A stretch of DNA of 58,990 bases, filler included. It is 6 parts of 6 records of this genome, joined end to end, with 100 filler letters (N's around TTAATTAATTAA, not from the genome) between each part and the next. Parts side by side here need not be neighbours in the genome. Positions count along the whole stretch, not along the records: positions 1 to 12,559 come from SRR31156797_5496; 5 more parts are not named here. One strand, 5' to 3'. Every line of letters starts with the position of its first letter. The first letter of the stretch is position 1. The notes under the pieces were generated by a model that saw only the letters and a program-made list of their open reading frames with translations, ran no database searches and was not told the origin of the DNA. Below, piece by piece: positions 1 through 9,433 of this stretch. A program made the position numbers and the translations under genes.

Positions 1-408
1 CAGGGGTATCTCACTCTCGATTTCCAGGACTTTATCCACCTGTTCCTGATCCTGGCAGATGACGAAGGTTGAATCCGAGTGGGTCAGAAAATACTTGATC
101 TCCGTCGGTCCACAGTCAGAAAAAATACCTAGCACCGGCGCTCTGCAGGTTAAAGCCGCCAGTTCGAACCAGTACACATGCGGCTTGTTCTCCCCGATAA
201 TGGCCGCCTTTTCGTTCGGCTGCAGGCCCAGTTCGAGGAAAGCATGGGTCAGCCGCTCGACAATGGAATAGTAATCCGCCCAGGTATACGGCTTCCAGAT
301 GCCCCGGTCCTTCTCCTGCAGTGCGATCTTGGAATCCCCGAAACGGCGATAGTGGTGGCGCAAAAGCTGCGGCAAAGTATACGGCAAGGCCTGTGTCTGA
401 TCCGGCAT
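1..408 (-). CDS. long-chain acyl-CoA synthetase (AMP-forming), N-terminal part, runs off the window edge
   Basis: Not in the ORF track. Hand translation from ATG at 408 (GGAGG upstream): MPDQTQALPYTLPQLLRHHYRRFGDSKIALQEKDRGIWKPYTWADYY...AAIIGENKPHVYWFELAA...QDQEQVDK, open to base 1; typical FadD15-like N-terminus. Confidence 0.85.
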   Translation of the reverse strand, partial: MPDQTQALPYTLPQLLRHHYRRFGDSKIALQEKDRGIWKPYTWADYYSIVERLTHAFLELGLQPNEKAAIIGENKPHVYWFELAALTCRAPVLGIFSDCGPTEIKYFLTHSDSTFVICQDQEQVDKVLEIESEIPL

Positions 409-605
409 GGCCCTTATCCCGCCTCCTATTCCTTATACCCGATACCCGGATAGGCTGGAGTTAATCGTTCAGTTTGGCGGCCAAACCCGGCCGGGAATCC
501 TCAAGGAGTGTTAGGATTCCACTCCGGGATGTCAGCTACAGAAATGAAACCTCTTTCAATGCTTATGACCTTGAACTTAAATACAACCGCTCATTAAAAC
601 CGTAT

Positions 606-1379
606 CTACTTGATCAAGAAATTGGGTTTTCGTTTTTCTAGAAAAGCGGTGGCGCCTTCTATCTGATCCCCTACGGTAACCAGTTCGGCCATATATTTTC
701 TTTCGAGCTTCAAACCCTCGTCCAAAGATACGTTCAGGCCGTTGTCGATGGACTTTTTAGAGGCTTGTACCGCCGCAGGGCTTTTCTCGGCAATCATTCG
801 GGCCAAGCCCATTGCTTCGGGCATCAATTGGTCGGGTTCGACGACAGCGTCGACCAGGCCGATCCGAAAGGCTTCCTCAGCATCGATCATTTTGCCGGAA
901 AAGATGAGCATTTTGGCCCGGCCCGGACCGATTAAACGAGGCAGACGCTGGGTCCCGCCGCCGGCGGGAAAGACGCCGTACGCCACTTCGGGCTGCCCGA
1001 AAACAGCTGCAGTTGAGGCGATCCGCATGTCACAGGCGATCGACAGCTCAGTCCCGCCGCCCAAAGCAAAACCGTTGATCGCGGCAATGGTTGGACATTC
1101 CAGTTCTGCCGGAAGATTCAACAACCCATGGGTCATTTTCGTTATGGCCCACCCGTCTTCCTCGGTTTTCAAACCCAGGAACATATTGATGTCGGCTCCG
1201 CCCTGGAAAGCCCTGCCTGTCCCGGTGATTACTACGGCCCGAAGTTTCATGGTCTTGAGCTTTTCAAAGGTCTCGGTGAAATCATCGATCAGATTCTGGG
1301 TGAACGCATTGACCGGCGGATTATTCAAAGTCACCATGGCGATCTCTTCATTTACTTCCAAAACAACGGTCTTCCCCAT
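606..1379 (-). CDS. enoyl-CoA hydratase/isomerase (crotonase family)
   Basis: AFQGGADI, AAINGFALGGGTEL, FGQPEVAYG and GGTQRLPRLIG motifs; both catalytic Glu positions present; AGGAG RBS before ATG 1379. Confidence 0.93.
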   Translation of the reverse strand: MGKTVVLEVNEEIAMVTLNNPPVNAFTQNLIDDFTETFEKLKTMKLRAVVITGTGRAFQGGADINMFLGLKTEEDGWAITKMTHGLLNLPAELECPTIAAINGFALGGGTELSIACDMRIASTAAVFGQPEVAYGVFPAGGGTQRLPRLIGPGRAKMLIFSGKMIDAEEAFRIGLVDAVVEPDQLMPEAMGLARMIAEKSPAAVQASKKSIDNGLNVSLDEGLKLERKYMAELVTVGDQIEGATAFLEKRKPNFLIK

Positions 1380-1431
1380 AACCAACTCCTTTTCAAACGA
1401 GGGTAATGGAACCTCTCATATACGGCGTCTG

Positions 1432-1893
1432 TTATAACGGTTCGAAATACTCGATATCCAGGATGTCCCCAACCCGCTCTTCCTTCCAGACCGGTTTGAG
1501 CTTCATCCCTGGATATATCTTTTCCTCCAGCTCCCTGGGATCCTCATAATCCACGCCGGCGATGAAGTGTTGGAAATTCGTCACGGCATTTCCGACGTTG
1601 ACAATACCGGTGATACTCGGCGGGTCGGGCAGGCCCATAAATTTAACATACGTCACAGTATACGTGACCAGCGTGGCGATGCCGTCCGTCTCGGTCCACT
1701 CCACGGGCGCGACAAGGCACTCATCGCAGAACGGCCGGGCAGGGACGTAAAGCCCGTTGCACTCCGGACAAATGTTTCCCAGGATTTTTTTCTGTTTCAG
1801 CCCTTCCATGAAACGGGCATACGTTTCGCCTAATGTCACCTTGTAGGGCACTTCCCACCGGTATTCATATTTCGCGACATGTTCCTGTTCCAT
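1432..1893 (-). CDS. DUF35 Zn-ribbon/OB-fold protein (thiolase/aldolase partner)
   Basis: CPEC...PARPFCDEC rubredoxin-like ribbon and C-terminal PVWKEER-G-I-DI-YFEP; start moved to MEQEH (GAGG RBS). Confidence 0.88.
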   Translation of the reverse strand: MEQEHVAKYEYRWEVPYKVTLGETYARFMEGLKQKKILGNICPECNGLYVPARPFCDECLVAPVEWTETDGIATLVTYTVTYVKFMGLPDPPSITGIVNVGNAVTNFQHFIAGVDYEDPRELEEKIYPGMKLKPVWKEERVGDILDIEYFEPL

Positions 1894-1897
1894 AATT

Positions 1898-2413
1898 TTA
1901 CGATCCTCTCTGGACGACATCATCCGCCTGGTCGACCGGCTCATAAGACTTGATATCCAAAATGCTGCCTATTCGCTCTTCTGCCCAGACCGGTTTGACC
2001 TTCAAGCCGGCCTTAACTTTTTCGAGCAGGGAATCCGGGTCCTGGGGATCAACCCCGGAAATGAACTGAAGGAAGCACTGCTCGGATTCATTGACCCGAA
2101 TCACACCCAATACGTAAGGGGCCCGAGGATTCACTTCGGTTCCGGGGTAGACGACGCTGTTCCCATCCTGGCAGCATATGGTAAAGGCTTCCAGGGTTCC
2201 TTCCCCATTAGACTCGAGCCATTGGCTGGGCGTCTCCAGGGTCCGGTCGCAAAAAGGCCGGGGCGGGAAGAAGGTTCTCCCGCCGCACACATTGCCCATG
2301 AACTTCTTCTTTTTCAGCCCTTCCATGAATTTTGTATACACCGCCCCCAAGGAAGCGCTGAAATCAAAATCGAGACTCCATTCTTTTTTGATCATGTTCT
2401 CTTTCATGTCCAT
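1898..2413 (-). CDS. DUF35 OB-fold protein with degenerate Zn ribbon
   Basis: KFMEGLK-KK, FFPPRPFC, APYVLG, VKPVWAEERIGSILDI; paralogous to the adjacent DUF35 gene. Confidence 0.85.
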   Translation of the reverse strand: MDMKENMIKKEWSLDFDFSASLGAVYTKFMEGLKKKKFMGNVCGGRTFFPPRPFCDRTLETPSQWLESNGEGTLEAFTICCQDGNSVVYPGTEVNPRAPYVLGVIRVNESEQCFLQFISGVDPQDPDSLLEKVKAGLKVKPVWAEERIGSILDIKSYEPVDQADDVVQRGS

Positions 2414-2425
2414 CGCTTCCTTCCT

Positions 2426-3592
2426 CTAACGGCTCAGTACGGCCAAAGTGTGAAATTGCCCCATGTTGCCGCCCCAGGCCTGGGCCAGGCCGACACGTGC
2501 GTTTTCAACCTGCCGCCCGCCTTCAATCTTGCCCATGAGCTGGAGGCAAGTCTCGGCATGTCTGGTCACAGAGGCGGATATCCCGGAATTCGTGCAAAGA
2601 GTGCTTCCCGACAGGTTCACCGGCAGTTTCCCGCCCAGGTCGGTCACGCCTTCACGGACCAGCCTGGGAGCTTCACCCTCGCCGCATAACCCCAGGGCTT
2701 CATACTCGAGGTATTCGAAGCCTCCAAAGGGATTGAACAGCTCTGCGTAGTCGATCTCCTCTAAAGGATTCTTTATACCGGCCTGATCAAAGATTTCTTT
2801 GGCAAGTATCTTCAGCATGGGAAAACCTTTATAATCCCGGTACCCGGACAGATAGCAATTGGTAATACTCCCGATGGCTTTTATCCACACCGGGGTGTCT
2901 GAAAGCTCCTTGGCCTTTTCTTCCGAAGCCATGATCACGCATCCCGCCCCGGATGAAGTAGGGCATATCTCATATAGATGTATGGGTGAACATAGAACCG
3001 GAGAAGCCAGGATTTCCTCGGTCGTCCAGCCTTTACGGATATGAGCGTAAGGATTGTTGACCGCGTGCTTGTGGCTTTTTGCCGAAACCATGGCCATTTC
3101 CTCGGCGGTAACACCATATTCGTGCATGTAGCGAGTCAGATAATAAGCCGCTATATGTATTGCTCCGGCCCCGAATGGCTTCTCTATCAGTGGTGGAGTC
3201 GCACTGTTAAGAATCTGCTGGCCCTCGACGGTGGCCCCGGTTGTGCTGGAACCGTATGTGACCACAATGTCGTACAGACCGGCGGCGACGGCCCGGTACG
3301 CGTCCTTAAAAGCGCTGCCGCCGGCTGTCCCGCCCGTGTGTATGAAGTGGACGGGAGTATTCAGGCTTCGGCCGAAGCAGTCCATGCTTCTGTCCGGCCG
3401 CTGAACCCCTTCAAAGCCGTCCACACTGGCGAAATAGAAGGCATCAATGTCTTCCAGGCTCAATCCTCGGCCGACAAAATCCAGGGCGGACTTGAGGCAG
3501 GCCCTGCCGATTTCCGACCTTTCTCTGGTTTCTCTCTTGGCGCTCGTGTACTCCGTGTTCCCTACTCCTATGACGGCAACGTTTCTGGCCAT
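2426..3592 (-). CDS. SCP2-type thiolase-fold protein (Ltp3-like), no canonical catalytic Cys
   Basis: VAVIGVG, HTGGTAGGSA at the Cys loop, KSHKHAVNNPYAH, CPTSSGA, GGKLPVNLSG. Confidence 0.85.
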   Translation of the reverse strand: MARNVAVIGVGNTEYTSAKRETRERSEIGRACLKSALDFVGRGLSLEDIDAFYFASVDGFEGVQRPDRSMDCFGRSLNTPVHFIHTGGTAGGSAFKDAYRAVAAGLYDIVVTYGSSTTGATVEGQQILNSATPPLIEKPFGAGAIHIAAYYLTRYMHEYGVTAEEMAMVSAKSHKHAVNNPYAHIRKGWTTEEILASPVLCSPIHLYEICPTSSGAGCVIMASEEKAKELSDTPVWIKAIGSITNCYLSGYRDYKGFPMLKILAKEIFDQAGIKNPLEEIDYAELFNPFGGFEYLEYEALGLCGEGEAPRLVREGVTDLGGKLPVNLSGSTLCTNSGISASVTRHAETCLQLMGKIEGGRQVENARVGLAQAWGGNMGQFHTLAVLSR

Positions 3593-3595
3593 GGT

Positions 3596-4756
3596 CTAGG
3601 CCTCCTTCTCGATGATAAGAACAGAATGAGAATCTCCTCCTACGGCCCCAATCCCCAGGTCTCCGTCGTGAATCAGCCCTCTGCTGGCGTTTTCCATCCC
3701 AATTCCCGGGGTTTCACCGCTTATATGCCTGACTGCCTGGATGGTCCTGAAGATACCCGAACTGTTCGGCCCATTGGTGCACAACGATCCGCCGGAAAGG
3801 TTGACCGGCAGGTCGCCGCCCGGCGAGGTCACGCCGTCCCGAAGCAGCGCGGGCCCGGCCCCGGCCTCACAAAACCCGAGCGCCTCACAAGCGATCAGTT
3901 CGAAGGGCGAAAACGGGTTGAAGATTTCGGCGAAATCAATCTCCTCTTTGGGACTATTGATCCCGGCCATTCGGTATGCCTTGTTGGAAGCTTTCCGGAG
4001 CGCATCCATTCCTGAAATCTCCGGCCAACTCCCCAGGTAACTGTTGGTGGCAGCCCCGATGCCCGTTAGCCAGATCGGAGTCACATCCAGTTCCCTGACT
4101 TTGTCTTCAGAGGCCAGAATGATGGCAGCGGCTCCGTTGGAAAGACCGCCCACCTCCAGAGAACGCAAAGGCCAGTTGACGGGCGTTGAGGCCAGGATCT
4201 CCTCCACGGAATGGGTATCCCTTTTGTGGGCGTAAGGATTGCCGGCTCCGCATTGATACCCCTTGGATGCGGCCAAAGCGAAGTCGGCTTCCGTGGCCTG
4301 GCTCCTTCTCAAATAATCCATGGATATTAAACCGTAACTTTGGGCGGCGTTGAATCCCAGAACGCCCCTGAAAAACTGGGCCTGGTTGGAGTTGGTTATT
4401 AAATCGAAGTCCAATTCAACCGTGTCCGACGAAGCCACCACCACCACGTCGGCATGGCCGCTCATGATGGAGGCCATACCGGACATCACACAGTGAAGGC
4501 CGCTGGTTTGAACCCTGATGGATTCTTTTTTGTACGCGCCCGCAGCCGGGGCTAACAGCCCATTGCTGATGGTGATGCCATCAAAGCCGTCCATGGTCGA
4601 TATCACTACCATGTCGATATCCGCCCTGGTCAGGCCAACCTTGTCCAACGCCTGCCTGGAAACGGCAAACGTGGCTTCATCGTTCCACATCCCGATTTCG
4701 TTCGGCTCTGTGTAAGGAATGATACCGTAGCTTACAATCGCCGCTTTCTTATCCAT
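3596..4756 (-). CDS. SCP2-type thiolase-fold protein (Ltp4-like partner subunit)
   Basis: DGFDGITIS, NPYAH, AEIFNPF, GGDLPVNLSGGSL; tandem with the previous thiolase-fold gene. Confidence 0.83.
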   Translation of the reverse strand: MDKKAAIVSYGIIPYTEPNEIGMWNDEATFAVSRQALDKVGLTRADIDMVVISTMDGFDGITISNGLLAPAAGAYKKESIRVQTSGLHCVMSGMASIMSGHADVVVVASSDTVELDFDLITNSNQAQFFRGVLGFNAAQSYGLISMDYLRRSQATEADFALAASKGYQCGAGNPYAHKRDTHSVEEILASTPVNWPLRSLEVGGLSNGAAAIILASEDKVRELDVTPIWLTGIGAATNSYLGSWPEISGMDALRKASNKAYRMAGINSPKEEIDFAEIFNPFSPFELIACEALGFCEAGAGPALLRDGVTSPGGDLPVNLSGGSLCTNGPNSSGIFRTIQAVRHISGETPGIGMENASRGLIHDGDLGIGAVGGDSHSVLIIEKEA

Positions 4757-4777
4757 GTTTTCTCCTCCGAGTCGTCT

Positions 4778-4927
4778 CTATTCCTCGAATAGCTTTTCGA
4801 ACTTCTGTCCTTTATACGTGGAGCGGTCCAATTCCCCCGGCTCCTGCCAGATGATCCGAGGCCGGAGCTTCATGCGGTTATGCATGGCCTCCAGCTGCTT
4901 TTTAATTAAGGCTTTGATTATCATCAC
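4778..4927 (-). pseudogene. probable C-terminal remnant of a phenylacetate-CoA ligase (PaaK)-family gene
   Basis: Hand translation: VMIIKALIKKQLEAMHNRMKLRPRIIWQEPGELDRSTYKGQKFEKLFEE*; resembles the PaaK C-terminal 'P-I-W-EPG-L-RST-K' tail; no RBS and no N-terminal domain. Confidence 0.5.
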
Positions 4928-4948
4928 TATCGCCAATATGATATATTC

Positions 4949-5578
4949 TCATTTCGTGACGCCTCTGATTAGGATGTCGAAAGTTTCATCCAATGTTGAT
5001 CTTAGGAAATCCTTTTCAGGATTTATTTTTCTTTTTGCTTCCTCCCACATAACAAGGCCCGTGAACAGTCCCCAAAACATGTCAGCTACGGCCACATTAT
5101 GGGCTGGGATGAATTTGCCTTGAGAAACGCCATCATCATAGACCCTGGCAATCATCTGCAGCACCTTACGGCTGAGTTCGTTGATTTCCACAAGCAGTTC
5201 CGGGCTGATGGTCGCCAAGGTGTCTTCCACTTGAAGATGCATGATATTCCGTAACATTAATCCATGGGTCTGGAAGGTTTTGTACATAGCTGCCTTGAAT
5301 CCGAGTAATTTTTTTTCCACTGGAAGATTTTCGTTGTCGTATACTTCTTTCATGAGGTCGTGCATATAGCTCAGGGGGATCAATACCAAGGAGGAATAAA
5401 GTTCTTCCTTGCTCTTGAAATAGGAATAGATGGCCCCGGTGCTTAGTTCGGCCTTATCAGCGATATCCTCCATTGTGGCCGAGTTGAAACCTTTGAGCAG
5501 GAATACCTGTTCGGCCGCCGACTGAATCTGCCTGCGCCTTAAATCTTTTTCCCGTTCTCTTCTTTCCCTGGTTCCCAA
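4949..5578 (-). CDS. TetR/AcrR family transcriptional regulator
   Basis: AAEQVFLLKGFNSATMEDIADKAELSTGAIYSYFKSKEEL HTH; TTG start with AGGAGG RBS. Confidence 0.93.
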   Translation of the reverse strand: MGTRERREREKDLRRRQIQSAAEQVFLLKGFNSATMEDIADKAELSTGAIYSYFKSKEELYSSLVLIPLSYMHDLMKEVYDNENLPVEKKLLGFKAAMYKTFQTHGLMLRNIMHLQVEDTLATISPELLVEINELSRKVLQMIARVYDDGVSQGKFIPAHNVAVADMFWGLFTGLVMWEEAKRKINPEKDFLRSTLDETFDILIRGVTK

Positions 5579-5644
5579 TTATCAAATCCTCCTAATAAAT
5601 GACTTCTTCGAGGCCGCTGAGTTTTCCGGCATGCCCGACTAATG

Positions 5645-6829
5645 TTAATATGATCTTGGCAGGCCGAGTATATGTTCCGCCGTGTAGTTCAAGGTCATCT
5701 GCTGTGTAATCGGAGCCAGCCTCAAGAGTTGCGATTCACGCCACCACCTTTCGATATGATATTCCTTGGCGTATCCATAACCGCCCAGGGTCTGCATCGA
5801 GTGATAGACCGCCTCGATACCGGCCTCGGTCGCGGAATATTTGGCCATGTTTGATATATCGCCCACTTGTTTTTGCGGCGCTTCCTGATCATAAAGAACG
5901 GCTGCTTTCAGTGTGGCCAGCCAGGCGCACTCCAGTTTGGAATAAGCCGAGGCCAACGGGAACGAGATACCCTGATGTGCGCCAATGACTGTATTAAACA
6001 CCTGCCGTTGATTGGCGTATTCCACGGCCTTGGAGATCGCGGCCATACCCACGCCCACGCCGCATACCGCGGTCAGGATTCTTTCCGGATTCAGGGTATC
6101 CAGTACGTGATACCAGCCTTTGCCCTCCTCGCCCAGCAGACTGGTCCGCGGCACATGCAAATCATCGATGCCCAGTTCGAAGGTGCGAATGTAGTTCAAG
6201 GCGTGCTTGGGAATGGACGTGCTATGAATATTCTCGTTAGGAAGATCCACCAGCAGCAAGGACATGCCCAGTGTCTTTTTCGGCGACTCCTCCAGTTTGC
6301 TGGTTCGAGTAACCAGGACCATCGCTCCGGCTTGTTCAAAACCGGAAATAAATATTTTGTTTCCGTTCACCACATAATCATCACCGTCTTTTTTGGCGAA
6401 TGTCCTTACGTTCAGTGTGTTGGTGCCGGCATTCGGTTCGGTCAACCCGAGACAGACCAGTAACTCTCCCGAGCAGATTTTCGGCAGGTATATTTTTTTT
6501 TGTTCTTCATTGCCGTGTTTCAAAATGGACAGGCCGCCGAAGGCCGAACCAAACATGCCCATCAGTATAGGCGCACAACCTCCCCCTTGGGCGCACATCT
6601 CTTTATAAGCAATGACGGCCTCGGTCAGGCCGAGACCGCTGCCGCCGTACTCCTCGGGAATCCCCAGGCCGATAATGCCGGATTTGCCCATCTCCTTGAT
6701 AAATTCTGCGGGGTGCTCGTGATTCTCTTCCTTTTCCAGCCAATAGTCGGGCGGAAAAATCCTGCTGATCTTCTTCGCCGTGTCCATTATCATTTTCTGT
6801 TCATCAGTAAAATTAAAGTCCATTGTCAT
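5645..6829 (-). CDS. acyl-CoA dehydrogenase
   Basis: GLTEPNAGTN, NGNKIFISG, LNPERI, QTLGGYGYAKEY-IERWWRE; start at MTMDFNF with GAGGAG RBS. Confidence 0.95.
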   Translation of the reverse strand: MTMDFNFTDEQKMIMDTAKKISRIFPPDYWLEKEENHEHPAEFIKEMGKSGIIGLGIPEEYGGSGLGLTEAVIAYKEMCAQGGGCAPILMGMFGSAFGGLSILKHGNEEQKKIYLPKICSGELLVCLGLTEPNAGTNTLNVRTFAKKDGDDYVVNGNKIFISGFEQAGAMVLVTRTSKLEESPKKTLGMSLLLVDLPNENIHSTSIPKHALNYIRTFELGIDDLHVPRTSLLGEEGKGWYHVLDTLNPERILTAVCGVGVGMAAISKAVEYANQRQVFNTVIGAHQGISFPLASAYSKLECAWLATLKAAVLYDQEAPQKQVGDISNMAKYSATEAGIEAVYHSMQTLGGYGYAKEYHIERWWRESQLLRLAPITQQMTLNYTAEHILGLPRSY

Positions 6830-7108
6830 CTCCTCTCGCCCAACGCTATTGTGATGCTTCCTGGAGGAAACCAAGAGCCGTCAACGGGTGATCGACCAGG
6901 TCTTCCAGGCGCCGTTCGTGTATGCAGGCTGCGTCAATACCTCAAAGGTTATGTTCTCCACTACTGACGGTTATCATATTGCAGCCATATCCAGCTGCGC
7001 GGAGCCTGAATAAGGGAACTCCTCGATTCCGGCCTTGAGATCGTCCGCTGTTACGGGCGGGGCGTTTCACCAGGGCGCCGCCCGAGTCAAACGCTTACCG
7101 CCGATTTG

Positions 7109-8350
7109 TTAACGATATTTCTCCGGCCGCAGGTCGGGGACCTCAATGAAATCCGTGATCGGCAAAAAAAGCCCTTTATTACTGATTTTATAGAGCCTGG
7201 CCTTACGCAACGTCGGACGCTTTTCCGAGTAGGTCACTTCGGTTAATCCATTCAGGGGCTTAAAATCCTTGATTGCAAAAAGCACCTCTTTCAAATTGGC
7301 GGGAGTTAATCCTTCCCATCCGTATTTGTCGACCGTATCAACCATGGCTTTGTGCCACGTCAAAGCCACGGTCCAACCGAACAGGTAGAAGACCGAGCGA
7401 TCCTTTTTCGTGCGTTTATTCAGCTTGAAATACTTGTTGAGGGTTACTATGGAAGTATCATCCGTTTCATCCCAACTCTTGGTGGGCATTACGAAGATGT
7501 CGCCATAAAATAGAGGCGGGGCCATGCCAATAACACCCCAGTCATTGCCGGCGTTGTTGATCACCGGTATCTTCCACCCCATTGTTTTGAGCGCCTTTTT
7601 AATCACGATCGGCCCGTGCGCTGTCGTATTGGTCACCAGAATGTCCGGATTTTTCGCCCTTAACCTGAGCAGTTGGCTGGTGGCGTCCGTCTCCCGGATA
7701 CCGAACAGTTCGGTCCCGACAATATCGAACCCGATTTCTTTGCAATAATTATAAAATCCATCATACAGTATGGCTTTGCCATAGCCGGTATCCCAGGTGA
7801 TGATCGCCATTTTCAAACGGCGCTTTTCCTTCCAATTCTCCTTCACGTACTTCAGCGCCACAGCCGTCATTTCCGCGTATAGCGGATATATGCCAAATGA
7901 GTTGCTTGCCGGATAAATTGCATCGACGGAGGTGGGACTGAATCCTACAATATCATCATCCTTGTACCGTTCCCTCAAGGCAGCGGCCAGCGTCGACGAA
8001 CCGGCAATGGTGAATAGCGGTTTCGGCTTCATGTTGATGGCTTCGTTGTACATGGAAAGGGCCAGGTTAACCTTCCCGGCAAAATCCCGGATTACCAGGT
8101 TGACTTTTACCCCGTGCACACCGTTCAGTTCGTTGTTGATGTATTGACAGGCGTCTTTCAGACCGGGCGCGAGCGGTCCGGTAATCGGGGCATAAGGGCC
8201 GCTGACATCCAGTACCGGGGCAAGGTTAATCACTTCCGGTTTCCCGCCGGCCGCGGTTTGAGCGGGGAAGCATAAGAGCAGGCTGAAAATTAAAAAAACA
8301 CACCATGATAATACTCTTTTGTTTGACCTCGCATCTTCGCTTCTCGCCAT
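7109..8350 (-). CDS. ABC transporter substrate-binding protein, Liv/PBP1 type
   Basis: Signal peptide, DVSGPYA, INNELNGVHG, WDTGYG; start at MARSED (GGAGGG RBS); follows two permeases. Confidence 0.88.
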   Translation of the reverse strand: MARSEDARSNKRVLSWCVFLIFSLLLCFPAQTAAGGKPEVINLAPVLDVSGPYAPITGPLAPGLKDACQYINNELNGVHGVKVNLVIRDFAGKVNLALSMYNEAINMKPKPLFTIAGSSTLAAALRERYKDDDIVGFSPTSVDAIYPASNSFGIYPLYAEMTAVALKYVKENWKEKRRLKMAIITWDTGYGKAILYDGFYNYCKEIGFDIVGTELFGIRETDATSQLLRLRAKNPDILVTNTTAHGPIVIKKALKTMGWKIPVINNAGNDWGVIGMAPPLFYGDIFVMPTKSWDETDDTSIVTLNKYFKLNKRTKKDRSVFYLFGWTVALTWHKAMVDTVDKYGWEGLTPANLKEVLFAIKDFKPLNGLTEVTYSEKRPTLRKARLYKISNKGLFLPITDFIEVPDLRPEKYR

Positions 8351-8373
8351 GATCTCCCTCCTGACGTTTTGAA

Positions 8374-9432
8374 TTAATATGAGAAAGGCCAAATCCGATA
8401 GAAGGCTTTGAACCGCTCCCAAAGTCGATAAAGCCCTCTAGGCTCATAAATGATGAACAAAAGCCCGATCACGCCAAAAACGACCGGCCCCAATCCCATG
8501 GAGATCGCCGCACCCGCATCCGCGGAAAAAAAGGGCTCGACAAATGGTCCGATGTATCGGACGAGAAGGTCCAGCGTTCGGATGAAAATGACCCCGAACC
8601 ACACACCGGTTGCGTGTCCCATACCCCCGACGATGAGCATCCCCAGTAGCCAGATGGACTCATGCAACGTAAAATGATCCGGGCTTACTCCTCGCACCCA
8701 GACGGCGTATAATGCTCCGGCCAGGCCCGCGTAAACCGAGCAGATGAAAAAGGCCAGTAGTTTGTAACGAAATATTTCAATCCCCATACCTTCGGCGGCC
8801 AGATCATTATCGCGGATGGCGATAAAAGCACGGCCAATACGGGATCTTCTCAGGTTCCGGGCAAAATAGGTCGCCAGAAAAGCCGAAGTCATGCACAAAT
8901 AAAACAGCGCGGCCTGGCTTTTCAGAACAAGGCCCCCGATTCGAATCGCAGGAACGGGCAGGGTGTCAGTCCCATAGGTCAAATCCGGACGGACATTCAC
9001 AATCAGCCAGGGAATGATGAACTGGGCCGCCAATGTGGCCATGGCCAGATAAAATCCTTTAATGCGAAGCGAGGGAATGCCGAAGAGCAGACCGGCCAGG
9101 CCTGTAATCAGCATGGCCAGGGGCAAGGCCAGCCAAAAGCTGATCCCCCAGTACACGACCATCAGGGCCATGCTATAAGCGCCAACGGCCATAAAAGCCG
9201 TCTGCCCCAGGGATATCTGTCCGGTCAGGCCGGTCAGGATATTAAGTCCTTGAACGGAGATGACCGTTATGGCAATCAGGTTAATCGTATTAAGCACCTG
9301 GCCGCCGCCCCAGAGAGGGTAAAGATAGACGACCATCAGGCCGGAAAGCAAAGCTGCCCAGTGAAGGGGAGTACGCACTATGGCTTCATCCTGCTCATAG
9401 GTCGTGTCCATGGTGCCGCTAGGTCTCCACAT
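8374..9432 (-). CDS. branched-chain-type ABC permease (LivM-like)
   Basis: GLNILTGLTGQISLG, SLRIKGFYLAMATLA, GRAFIAIRDNDLAAE. Confidence 0.93.
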   Translation of the reverse strand: MWRPSGTMDTTYEQDEAIVRTPLHWAALLSGLMVVYLYPLWGGGQVLNTINLIAITVISVQGLNILTGLTGQISLGQTAFMAVGAYSMALMVVYWGISFWLALPLAMLITGLAGLLFGIPSLRIKGFYLAMATLAAQFIIPWLIVNVRPDLTYGTDTLPVPAIRIGGLVLKSQAALFYLCMTSAFLATYFARNLRRSRIGRAFIAIRDNDLAAEGMGIEIFRYKLLAFFICSVYAGLAGALYAVWVRGVSPDHFTLHESIWLLGMLIVGGMGHATGVWFGVIFIRTLDLLVRYIGPFVEPFFSADAGAAISMGLGPVVFGVIGLLFIIYEPRGLYRLWERFKAFYRIWPFSY

Positions 9433-9433
9433 G

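Noticed and set aside
4927-4951. Possible UGA read-through or selenocysteine joining tetR to the downstream 49-codon frame
   Set aside because: TetR is complete at the stop, no SECIS-like hairpin is evident, and the position is not a catalytic Cys equivalent.
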